From an uncultured Lachnospiraceae bacterium (GTDB lineage Bacteria; Bacillota; Clostridia; Lachnospirales; Lachnospiraceae): a DNA stretch of 64,000 bases. A model generated the notes under the pieces. It was not told the DNA's origin. It searched no databases and was given only the letters and a program-made list of their open reading frames with translations. A program made the position numbers and the translations under genes. Below are positions 1 through 8,345 of this stretch, piece by piece. The stretch covers positions 12,697 through 76,696 of the forward strand of contig CATXUX010000009.1 of assembly GCA_958402795.1 (NCBI GenBank). The letters are read 5' to 3'. Each line of letters starts with the position of its first letter. The stretch's first letter is position 1.

Positions 1-64
1 GAAGCATCGCTCCGTAATTTAAATCTTCCGTATTTATATTTAAACTTAATATTCCTACTTTCAT
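1..64 (-). CDS. Polysaccharide pyruvyl transferase family protein, 5' end only (runs off the window)
   Basis: Read by hand: ATG at 64 gives MKVGILSLNINTEDLNYGAML, which has the N-terminal 'NYGAxL' pattern of this family. GGAG RBS at 75-78; lies downstream of licD. Confidence 0.6.
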   Translation of the reverse strand, partial: MKVGILSLNINTEDLNYGAML

Positions 65-129
65 TTTCTCATTGCTCCAATTATCATTCACTGTTTTCTA
101 AGAAAACAATCTATCTTGACAAATCCAGA

Positions 130-1035
130 TTATTTATCAATGCTAAAGTCTACAAGCACATGCTGCTCTCGATTTCCTTCTTTCGGGATTTCCATGTAAT
201 TACCAAACATATGTTTTAGATACTCATCCCAGTTCTTTGGGATTTTTACTTGAATGTCTTCAAACTGTCCCATTGCCGTCTCTGCAAATTCAGACCTCAA
301 GTAAGTTTCCTTAAAGAAATGATTCTTTCCCGTTGCAACAACAACATATCTGGAATGTTCATTATGGCATATTGAATTCCATTTATCATACATTCTTGTC
401 CATGTTTCAAGTGGTAAAAATGCAAACAATCGTCCAATTGCAATTTTTTTCTTAAACACTTTTTGAATCTCTTCAGCATGTTTGGAAATCTCAAGCAAAT
501 AATCTCGAGTCATGTAAAAACGCCTACATGAAACAATAAACCCAAAGACTAAACTAAAAAATCCGTGAATGCCTCTTAATATAGAGTTGTCAAAAGTATT
601 CTCCATTGCCAAAATATCTACGCATATACCAGTTTGATCTGGCACGGGATCGCTACATCCCCGGAATGTTGTCCCTTTTCGTCTGATATGATAGCACTGC
701 ATGCAATGAACACCTTTAGAATACGGTGAATGAATCCAATATTTCTCTCCATATTTTTTTTTGAATGCATCAAAGAATCGATTTATATCTTTTCTTGCCA
801 TGTCAATATCAATATCGTCATCCCAAGGAATAAAACCCTTATGACGTACCACGCCCAAAGCAGAACCACCAGTAAGATGATAATTAATCTCTAGACTATT
901 ACATACATCAACAATGTCATGTAACGTTTCTAAGTTCACTTTTTGTACTTGCTTTACCTGCTCATCTGTCAAAATAATCAAGTTTTTATTATATTTTGAT
1001 AACTGCTTAAACGCAGTAGTTGTTTCTAACTTCAT
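130..1035 (-). CDS. licD: LicD-family phosphotransferase (phosphocholine/polyol-phosphate transfer to surface glycan)
   Basis: GGSALGVVRHKGFIPWDDDIDIDM motif; C-terminal 'YLKHMFGNYMEIP'. Confidence 0.9.
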   Translation of the reverse strand: MKLETTTAFKQLSKYNKNLIILTDEQVKQVQKVNLETLHDIVDVCNSLEINYHLTGGSALGVVRHKGFIPWDDDIDIDMARKDINRFFDAFKKKYGEKYWIHSPYSKGVHCMQCYHIRRKGTTFRGCSDPVPDQTGICVDILAMENTFDNSILRGIHGFFSLVFGFIVSCRRFYMTRDYLLEISKHAEEIQKVFKKKIAIGRLFAFLPLETWTRMYDKWNSICHNEHSRYVVVATGKNHFFKETYLRSEFAETAMGQFEDIQVKIPKNWDEYLKHMFGNYMEIPKEGNREQHVLVDFSIDK

Positions 1036-1080
1036 ATCGTGGTTACTCCTTACTTGTACTATCTGTTGCTGATACGTAAT

Positions 1081-1911
1081 TCATTTTCTTAAAAACTTCA
1101 TGTAAAATTCTCTTCTTACCGAATTGGGTAACACACAAACAAGCGCTTGTCCAAAACCACTAATACAAAAATCAGTGAGAGACATATAGCCTTTTTTTAA
1201 CATATTCCACTTAAACCCGAGAACCGTTTTGGCATATTTTAACCCACCACGCCTCTTAAAAAAATCTTCACTTGTGCGAATATAATATAGAGGCTCTTGA
1301 ATATTATAACTTTTAACTTTATGTTCAAGTATCATTCTTGCAAATAAATCATAGTCCTCGTACAAAATGACAGAATGATAATTCCCGCTTCTTATTACCG
1401 CACTCTTTTTATACATAACGGTTGGATGCAATATAGCACACCTTCTACGCATAAATTCAACTATTTCATCATGTGATTGTGGAACTTTATGAATTGAAAT
1501 AACCCGATGAATATCATCAATAAATTCCGCTTCATAAGATCCTACCATTTCAAGATCTGCATCTTTTTCAAATTCAATGATTTGCTTTTCACACCTATCT
1601 TTAACAGCGTAGTCGTCTGAATCCATACGCGCAATTAATTCATTTTTAGATGCTTCTATTCCCTTAGCTAAAGCCAATCCAAGGCCTAAATTCTTTTCGT
1701 TAGAAATAATGTTGAACAGTCCAGTATTATTTCTTACAAAACCAGCTATAACTGTATCAAGTTCTTCTGTAAGTGGTCCATCTTTCACAATAATAAATTC
1801 ATCAGGTTTAACAGTTTGATCAAGCATACTCTGAATGCTAAGCGAAAGATATTCAGGCTTTTCCTGAGAATAAACAGACATCAACACAGTATATTTTCTT
1901 TCACAATTCAT
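1081..1911 (-). CDS. Glycosyltransferase family 2 (AmsE-like)
   Basis: VLMSVY...QSMLDQT...DGPL...ARMDSDD (DxD), HPTVM and EDYDLF motifs. Start moved to ATG 1911, which has a GAGGAG RBS. Confidence 0.9.
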   Translation of the reverse strand: MNCERKYTVLMSVYSQEKPEYLSLSIQSMLDQTVKPDEFIIVKDGPLTEELDTVIAGFVRNNTGLFNIISNEKNLGLGLALAKGIEASKNELIARMDSDDYAVKDRCEKQIIEFEKDADLEMVGSYEAEFIDDIHRVISIHKVPQSHDEIVEFMRRRCAILHPTVMYKKSAVIRSGNYHSVILYEDYDLFARMILEHKVKSYNIQEPLYYIRTSEDFFKRRGGLKYAKTVLGFKWNMLKKGYMSLTDFCISGFGQALVCVLPNSVRREFYMKFLRK

Positions 1912-2113
1912 TGTCTTTCGCTCCTCATACTTATTGATATTCAAACAAATCTCGCTTACATAACAAAATCTAATATTGTGAAAATAATAAAAACCGCAAA
2001 AACTGTATTTCATAAACACATACGGCATTTGCAGTCAAATCTTTCTATAATAATGTTTAAATTGATAATGTATAAAGACTATCCTTTTTATTATTTCCGG
2101 GCTGATTTTCCTT

Positions 2114-2623
2114 TCACACTTTCCTCACCACTTCTAATCCCACTTTTACCTCAGTCACCCCACTGAAAAACTCCACTTCCAGCACTGCAATTCGTTTATG
2201 CCGGTCAATCTTTTTCACTTTCCCTTGATAGTCTTTCATCGGTCCGTCCATGATCACAAGTTGATCCCCCTCGATATATCCTGTGGACATTTCGACAACT
2301 TTTTCTTTGTTCATGCAGTTTTCCAGAAATTCTACTTCTTCGTCATAAAGAGGAATGGCCCCGTCATCATCTCCGAGCACTTTGGCAAATTCCGGCAGGG
2401 TTTTTAGCTTAATCTGCAGTTCTTCCGGCTTATTACTGACCAGAAACAGATATCCCGGAAAGAGCAGTGCCTGTGTGGTTGTCCACTGTCCGTGTACTTT
2501 CTTTGCCCGCTCGTATTTCGGCAGGAAATACTCCTCGCAGACGTCCGAATTCTGAAAAAATGTTTTACATAATTCCAGCATCCGGTCTTCCCGTCCGGTT
2601 TGCACCCATACTGCGTACCACAT
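2114..2623 (-). CDS. loaP: LoaP-type NusG-paralog transcription antiterminator
   Basis: MWYAVWVQTGRE, LFPGYLF (NGN domain), and KOW 'IMDGPMKDYQGKVKKIDRHKRIA'. First gene of the glycan operon. Start 2623 with AGAAAGGA RBS. Confidence 0.88.
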   Translation of the reverse strand: MWYAVWVQTGREDRMLELCKTFFQNSDVCEEYFLPKYERAKKVHGQWTTTQALLFPGYLFLVSNKPEELQIKLKTLPEFAKVLGDDDGAIPLYDEEVEFLENCMNKEKVVEMSTGYIEGDQLVIMDGPMKDYQGKVKKIDRHKRIAVLEVEFFSGVTEVKVGLEVVRKV

Positions 2624-2659
2624 ACTGATCAGTCCTTTCTGCAAAGTCTTTCTCCCGCA

Positions 2660-2980
2660 AAAGGGCAGGCTTCGCCATTCCGCACCCGCTGCGCAGCATC
2701 GAGAGCGCGTTCTCTTCATCTTGCGTGACGGTGCGGATATGTAATATCCTCTCTCTGACGGAATCACCCTGGAACGCGGCGGAGCGACGATTCTTCGGGA
2801 GATTCTTTTGTAAAGCGGTGCGAAGTTAAGCTCAAAATTTACTTCGTAAATTCCTCGTTGAACATTTCGCAGGTGGTTTCAGACTTAAGATTTACTCCGT
2901 AAATCTTTAATGAAACAGACTCAAAATCTGTTCCACAGATTTCTCGTTGACGTTCATCCGCAAGCGGATGAACGTCAGAT
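2660..2980 (-). other. Highly structured loaP 5' leader / hairpin-repeat element
   Basis: At least five hairpins, including two related units (2831-2861 and 2920-2950) with covarying stems and a perfect 14-bp inverted repeat (2948-2977). Confidence 0.65.
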
Positions 2981-3241
2981 AATTGCCCATTATTTGAATG
3001 TGAAAACTGACAAAAAAGACAGATTATTTCACGGGAATAAATAGAAATATCGAAAAAGACAGAAAAAACAGAAAACTATAGAATTTAAAATCTATAGCAA
3101 GAGTTCATGTAGATAACGATTGGAATGTTTATATGGAAAGTGGGAAGGTGCAATAATTGGGGAATATAAAGTTTAAGAAAATAAATGCCAGATACTTCCT
3201 ATATGATAAATATGCTTGCTTGAAATCGCATGCGTTCAAAT

Positions 3242-3274
3242 GGAAAAACCAGACTTATAAAGTCTGGTTTTTCC
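3242..3274 (-). terminator. Terminator hairpin after Rpn copy 1
   Basis: GGAAAAACCAGACTT-ATA-AAGTCTGGTTTTTCC, a perfect 15-bp stem directly after the stop codon. Confidence 0.75.
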
Positions 3275-4333
3275 TTAATGAATTTCCTTATTGGCAAGCA
3301 GTTTTTTCAGTTCTGCAATTTCTGCCTCACAAGCTTGAATCACAGAATCTTTCTGAGAAAGTTGCTTGTCCTTTTGAGAAAGCTGTTTTTCTTTTTGAGA
3401 AAGTTGCTGATCTTTTTGAGTCAGCTCTTTTTTCTGTCCGTCAATCGTGTCCCGCATCTCATCGATCATATACTGTACGGTGTTTTTGTCCATTGTCTGT
3501 AATTCTTTGGAAAACAAACCCATCACCCTCTCTGTGTTTCTGCACATTTCGTATACTTCTTCATACATAGGGATGAAGCGGGGATAATTCCGGATCAGCC
3601 GTTCGATCACTTCCGGATCGTCTATGCTTAAAAAAGTAAGCCATGCATCCAAATCGTTTTCGATGTCTTTATTGTGCTGTTTTTTGCGAAAAATGTCAAG
3701 AGGGATAAAGACATATTCCTGAAATAATTCCAAGCGCAGTCCGGTATCGCTGCGCTGCTGGAAACGATGTATGTAATGATCCGGGAAAGCGTGGAATTCT
3801 CCAGTACTGGTTTCAAACAGTACGATGGTGTATACCTTCCGGATATCCCGGTAGCAGGATCGTTTTTCGCTTTTCCCTTTCGCCCGTTTATATTGCCGTA
3901 GCAGCAGATCCGCCGAATAGCAGGCGCTTCTGGCTCCCGGAAAGGCATAGCCGATCTTCTGAACTTCCACATTTGCCAGACTGCCGTCTTCAAGCTGCAC
4001 CAGAATATCCATGATCAGTAGGGAACTTTCATCTGCGATTCGGCTGGAATCGTTGGGCAGAACCGTCTGAATCTTTACTGGCTGTCCCAGGAGCAGGGAC
4101 AGAAATTCTTCCAATCTTTCTGGTGTATTTTCCGGATTGACGATCTCCTTAAAAAAGGCATCGTAGAGAAGTTTTACACCCTTTACTCCCGTGCAGATAT
4201 CCAGGAATTCGTTTTGTTGTTTTTCAGTCCATCCGTAAAAGGTGTGGGAAAGATCCTCCCGGCGCTGAATATCATCCAGTACCTCCATGCGTGTTCGAAT
4301 CATCGGAAAATATTGTTGCAGTACTTTTGTCAT
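3275..4333 (-). CDS. Rpn-family PD-(D/E)XK nuclease (putative transposase, PDDEXK_2-like), copy 1
   Basis: YDAFFKEI and MDILVQLEDGSLANVEVQK (D...ExQ), VYTIVLFE, AWLTFL, and a C-terminal SQK(D/E)xQL heptad repeat. AGGAGG RBS before ATG 4333. Confidence 0.85.
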   Translation of the reverse strand: MTKVLQQYFPMIRTRMEVLDDIQRREDLSHTFYGWTEKQQNEFLDICTGVKGVKLLYDAFFKEIVNPENTPERLEEFLSLLLGQPVKIQTVLPNDSSRIADESSLLIMDILVQLEDGSLANVEVQKIGYAFPGARSACYSADLLLRQYKRAKGKSEKRSCYRDIRKVYTIVLFETSTGEFHAFPDHYIHRFQQRSDTGLRLELFQEYVFIPLDIFRKKQHNKDIENDLDAWLTFLSIDDPEVIERLIRNYPRFIPMYEEVYEMCRNTERVMGLFSKELQTMDKNTVQYMIDEMRDTIDGQKKELTQKDQQLSQKEKQLSQKDKQLSQKDSVIQACEAEIAELKKLLANKEIH

Positions 4334-4497
4334 AAGCAATTCCTCCTGTGTCTTAATTTTGCCTTTTTCTTTTCATTATCGGAACATTCGCGATAAAGCG
4401 CCGAAAATGAGAGCCATACGGCCAGAATCTTTTGGAAACAAGAACGTTTCCGCCTGACGAAAATTACTGTAACATGTTTTCGGAATAAAAGCAAGAG

Positions 4498-4665
4498 ATT
4501 TGTCTCAAAATACATTGAAAATATGTGCCTGTGATTTGCATTGCTTTTTCGTGTAGATAAAGAGTAGGTCAGTAGAAGAGTTGGATGTGGAATCTATGTC
4601 GGTATATTTTATGTATCTGCAGGAAGAGGAGGAGCTGGTGTCTCGTTCCGTTCAGAGAAAATATG
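4498..4665 (+). pseudogene. Degenerate internal fragment of the adjacent tyrosine recombinase
   Basis: Aligns with 6100-6267 (YFMYLQEEEELVSRSVQRKY vs YFTYLQEEEELAPRSVQRKY). It has no start or promoter, and the TGG codon of the intact gene corresponds to TAG here. Confidence 0.85.
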
Positions 4666-4692
4666 TTTGCTTGAAATCGCATGCGTTCAAAT

Positions 4693-4725
4693 GGAAAAAC
4701 CAGACTTATAAAGCCTGGCTTTTCC
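4693..4725 (-). terminator. Terminator hairpin after Rpn copy 2
   Basis: Same hairpin as 3242-3274 with two substitutions that become G-U pairs in the minus-strand RNA. Confidence 0.7.
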
Positions 4726-5763
4726 TTAATGAATTTCCTTATTGGCAAGCAGTTTTTTTAGTTCTGCAATTTCTGCCTCACAAGCTTGAATTACTGAATC
4801 TTTCTGAGAAAGCTGTTTGTCTTTTTGAGATAGTTGCTGGTCTTTTTGAGCCAACTCTTTTTTCTGTCCGTCAATCGTGTCCTGCATTTCATCGATCATA
4901 TACTGTACGGTGTTTTTGTCCATTGTCTGTAATTCTTTGGAAAACAAACCCATCACCCTCTCTGTGTTTCTGCACATTTCGTATACTTCTTCATACATAG
5001 GGATGAAGCGGGGATAATTCCGGATCAGCCGTTCGATCACTTCCGGATCGTCTATGCTTAAAAAAGTAAGCCATGCATCTAAATCATTTTCGATGTCTTT
5101 ATTGTGCTGTTTTTTACCGAAAATGTCAAGAGGGATAAAGATATATTCCTGAAATAATTCGATGAATAACCCTGTATCGCTACGTTGTTGAAAACGGTGC
5201 ACATAATGATCCGGGAAAGCATGGAATTCACCTGTACTGGTTTCAAACAGCACGATGGTGTATACCTTCCGGATATCCCGGTAGCAGGAGCGCTTTTCGC
5301 TTTTCCCTTTCGCCCGTTTATACTGCCGCAGCAGAAGATCCGCCGAATAGCAGGCGCTTCTTGCTCCCGGAAAAGCATATCCTATCTTCTGTACTTCAAC
5401 GTTCGCCAGACTGCCGTCTTCTAACTGTACCAGAATATCCATGATCAGCAGGGAACTTTCGTCTGCGATTCGGCTGGAATCGTTGGGTAGGACTGTCTGA
5501 ATCTTTACCGGTTGTCCCAGAAGTAGGGACAGAAATTCTTCCAGTCTTTCCGGTGTGTTCTCCGGATTAACAATTTCCTTAAAGAAAGCGTCATAAAGTA
5601 GTTTCACCCCTTTGACTCCCGTGCAGATATCCAGAAATTCATTCTGCTGTTTTTCGGTCCATCCGTAAAAGGTGTGGGAAAGGTCCTCGCGGCGCTGAAT
5701 ATCATCCAGTACCTCCATGCGTGTTCGAATCATCGGGAAATAGTGTTGCAGTCCTTTTGTCAT
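4726..5763 (-). CDS. Rpn-family PD-(D/E)XK nuclease, copy 2
   Basis: Near-identical protein to copy 1 and one heptad (7 aa) shorter. AGGAGG RBS before ATG 5763. Confidence 0.85.
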   Translation of the reverse strand: MTKGLQHYFPMIRTRMEVLDDIQRREDLSHTFYGWTEKQQNEFLDICTGVKGVKLLYDAFFKEIVNPENTPERLEEFLSLLLGQPVKIQTVLPNDSSRIADESSLLIMDILVQLEDGSLANVEVQKIGYAFPGARSACYSADLLLRQYKRAKGKSEKRSCYRDIRKVYTIVLFETSTGEFHAFPDHYVHRFQQRSDTGLFIELFQEYIFIPLDIFGKKQHNKDIENDLDAWLTFLSIDDPEVIERLIRNYPRFIPMYEEVYEMCRNTERVMGLFSKELQTMDKNTVQYMIDEMQDTIDGQKKELAQKDQQLSQKDKQLSQKDSVIQACEAEIAELKKLLANKEIH

Positions 5764-6029
5764 AAGCAATTCCTCCTGTGTTTTAATTTTTGTCTTTTTT
5801 CATTATCGGAACATTCGCGATAAAAGCGCCGAAAATGAGAGCCATACGGCCAGAATCTTTTGGAAACAAGAACATTTCCGCCTGACGGAAATTACTGTAA
5901 CATGTTTTCGGAATAAAAGCAAGAGAAAAGTTCTGCCGTTTTGCGTGTTTTGTGTGTTCTTTCTTTTTACTCTGATGTTTAGTACAATAAAACCAACACT
6001 ATAATATAGAAGAAAGAGAGGTACTACAG

Positions 6030-6971
6030 ATGAAATGTGAGTTGGCGCAACTGGAGGAGTATTCGCAGGAATTTTTGAAGCGGGTGAAAGTGGAACGGAA
6101 TTTGTCTCAAAACACGCTGAAGGCATATCGTTGTGATTTGAATTGCTTTTTTGCGTGGATAAAGAGACGGGCAGTAGAAGAGTTGGATGTGGGATCTGTG
6201 CTGGCATATTTTACGTATCTGCAGGAAGAGGAGGAACTGGCGCCTCGTTCTGTTCAGAGAAAATATGTGACGCTCTATCAGTTTTTCCGGTTTTTGAGGG
6301 AAAATTATGGGATTCAGGAAGAGTTTTTTTGTTTTACGACGCGTAAGTTTCAGATTCCGCATACGCTTCCGAGAACATTATCAAATGATGAAATTTCGAA
6401 GTTGATTTCTGTTTCATCTGAGGAGTATCAGAATGCGGAATCGGAATACCGGACCAGACTGGCGTTGCGGAATATGTGTCTGATAGAATGTCTGTTTTGT
6501 ATGGGACTGCGGATCGGGGAGGCGGCAGCGCTGAATGTAGAGGATTACAATCCGGGGGATTGTTCGGTTTTGGTTCATGGAAAAGGAAAAAAGGAGAGGA
6601 TTCTTTTTATTTCTTCCAATGTTGTCTGCCAGAAATTGAATGTATGGTTGCAGGTCCGGCAGGGGATGGAACCATTGAACTCTGCGATATTTATTTCAAA
6701 ACTTGGGAAACGAATGAGTATCTATAGTATTGAAAAAGTTTTTAAACGATATCGGGATCTGGCGGGAATTCGAGATAATGCAACGCCGCATTGTCTGCGT
6801 CACAGCTTTGCGACGCAGTTATTGAACAATGGAGCCAGCATTCGGGATGTGCAGGAGTTGATGGGGCACAGTAGTGTTGTCACGACGCAGATTTATACGG
6901 AGGTTTCTCTGAATCGTAAGAAGGAAGTTCTTATGAAATATAATGGAAGAAATTTTATTCATCCAAAATGA
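6030..6971 (+). CDS. XerC/XerD-like tyrosine recombinase
   Basis: N-terminal SAM-like 'ERNLSQNTLKAYRCDL'. Intact catalytic residues: GLRIGE (R), HGKGKKER (K), HCLRHSFAT (HxxR), LMGH, TTQIYT (Y). Confidence 0.92.
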   Translation: MKCELAQLEEYSQEFLKRVKVERNLSQNTLKAYRCDLNCFFAWIKRRAVEELDVGSVLAYFTYLQEEEELAPRSVQRKYVTLYQFFRFLRENYGIQEEFFCFTTRKFQIPHTLPRTLSNDEISKLISVSSEEYQNAESEYRTRLALRNMCLIECLFCMGLRIGEAAALNVEDYNPGDCSVLVHGKGKKERILFISSNVVCQKLNVWLQVRQGMEPLNSAIFISKLGKRMSIYSIEKVFKRYRDLAGIRDNATPHCLRHSFATQLLNNGASIRDVQELMGHSSVVTTQIYTEVSLNRKKEVLMKYNGRNFIHPK

Positions 6972-7062
6972 TGGTTATGGTCTGCTGATCAAGCGCTGTT
7001 GGCGACGGTATTCCGGGAACCGGGTTCAAAGGAATACTGTCACCTTTTTATCCCGCTCCGAT

Positions 7063-7761
7063 TCATCCCACTCCGAAATCTGTGATTTCATAGAGTACTT
7101 CTACATTGGGATCATCCAGCAGCCAGCGGTATTCGCTCATAAACCACTGTACAAGTTCTTCGTCCCGCCGGATTGGAGTTGTATTATTGTTATATACATT
7201 CACGGTTCCCAGCCTGAAGTATTTTTTGAGAATCTCGATATCCCGTGCGATCATTTCTTTTGTCTGTCCCTGAATTCCGACCATCAGGCAAGGGGAGTCG
7301 AAGTATTCTGCCACTTCTTCCGGAGTATGGAAGTCGGCATGTTTGTTCAGGACATGCTGGCGGAAGTCATAATCAAAGGTTTCCACTCCGATTTTGAATG
7401 TGATGGGAACCGGCATGCGTTCCCGCATTGTATGGATACGATGGCGGTAGATCCAGTGCGATTCGAAAAAGAGCCGCCGGATCTGTTTTTCGCGGATGAC
7501 GCGGCTGATCTCGTCCAGAGTTTCCTTGGGCAGTTCGAAGCAGCTCCCGGAATTGATGACTTCTAATACGCCGAATTCCCCTGTGACGTGAGACAATACT
7601 TCCGAGTTCAGGGCGATCATTTCTGCCCGGTCGCGTCCGTTATCTTCGATATAATCGCAGAAGCTGCACTTCCCCCAGGCGCAGGGAAAGGCGCGCAAGA
7701 GGCAGATTTCCCGCTGATTTTTATTTGTGATTTTACTGTAGCGCTCTTCTGGTACGCCCAT
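7063..7761 (-). CDS. queL: Radical SAM protein, probable queuine lyase QueL
   Basis: CAWGKCSFC (CX4CX2C) cluster motif; last gene of the preQ1-controlled hydrolase-ECF operon. True start is ATG 7761 with an AAGGAGG RBS; the ORF track's 8202 extension overlaps the upstream gene. Confidence 0.75.
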   Translation of the reverse strand: MGVPEERYSKITNKNQREICLLRAFPCAWGKCSFCDYIEDNGRDRAEMIALNSEVLSHVTGEFGVLEVINSGSCFELPKETLDEISRVIREKQIRRLFFESHWIYRHRIHTMRERMPVPITFKIGVETFDYDFRQHVLNKHADFHTPEEVAEYFDSPCLMVGIQGQTKEMIARDIEILKKYFRLGTVNVYNNNTTPIRRDEELVQWFMSEYRWLLDDPNVEVLYEITDFGVG

Positions 7762-7763
7762 GG

Positions 7764-8342
7764 TTATTGTCCTCCTTTTCCCTGAAATGTGGCCAGCAGG
7801 TGCTTTGGCAGAGCTTTCAGAAGTGCCATGACCAGAATGATGCTGATCAGGCGGTCCAGATAATCGGTGAGGATCTGGACAATGAACACGCTGGCAGTCA
7901 GTCCGAGCGGTGTTTTTGCAAGGAGCTGTACCAGTATGGTGGAGCCGGACGACGTGATTCCGCCGAACAGTTTTGCGCAGATCAGGGAACTGACGATGGT
8001 TCCGGGAACGGTAATGATCAGTGCGGCTGGAAAAATCCGCCATTTCGGCGAACGTTTGGTGAGCAGTTTCTTCCATACTAATCCGGTCATCATTCCGACG
8101 ATCATGCCGACCGGAGCGAAGTACAGGGAGTAGATATCCGAAGTGATTCCCAGCAGGATTCCGCTCAGGAGTCCCGGCAGCAGTCCGTACCACGGACCGC
8201 ATAATGCGCCGACGAGGATCGTTCCGATACTGTCCAGATAAATCGGGAGTCTAAGCAGCAGCGCAAGTTCCCCGCCTACGAGATTGATGCAGACCGCCAG
8301 CGCGGCCAGACATATTTTATAGATACTGTTTTTTGACTTCAT
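7764..8342 (-). CDS. ECF transporter S component (queuosine/queuine/preQ1)
   Basis: Hydrophobic 192 aa protein with the 'LPIYLDSIGTIL...GPWYG' S-component pattern; lies in the preQ1 operon. Confidence 0.8.
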   Translation of the reverse strand: MKSKNSIYKICLAALAVCINLVGGELALLLRLPIYLDSIGTILVGALCGPWYGLLPGLLSGILLGITSDIYSLYFAPVGMIVGMMTGLVWKKLLTKRSPKWRIFPAALIITVPGTIVSSLICAKLFGGITSSGSTILVQLLAKTPLGLTASVFIVQILTDYLDRLISIILVMALLKALPKHLLATFQGKGGQ

Positions 8343-8345
8343 AAT

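Larger units (their letters stand above)
3208..6267. repeat. Tandem duplication: unit 1 at 3208-4665, unit 2 at 4659-6267
   Basis: Each unit carries terminator, Rpn gene, upstream region and recombinase 5' sequence. AAATATG sits at all three junctions (3208, 4659, 6261). Confidence 0.9.

Noticed and set aside
3157..5000. Paired + strand ORFs 3157-3570 and 4581-5000
   Set aside because: They are antisense to the Rpn repeat regions, their similarity simply reflects the duplication, and the second begins in the recombinase remnant.
3275..5763. Rpn copies as a diversity-generating retroelement TR/VR pair
   Set aside because: Differences are not adenine-specific, they are mostly synonymous and spread across whole genes, and there is no reverse transcriptase in the window.
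2980..6030. Invertible promoter or shufflon for the recombinase
   Set aside because: Only vague A-rich similarity between 3050-3085 and the reverse complement of 5930-5970; no convincing inverted-repeat pair.
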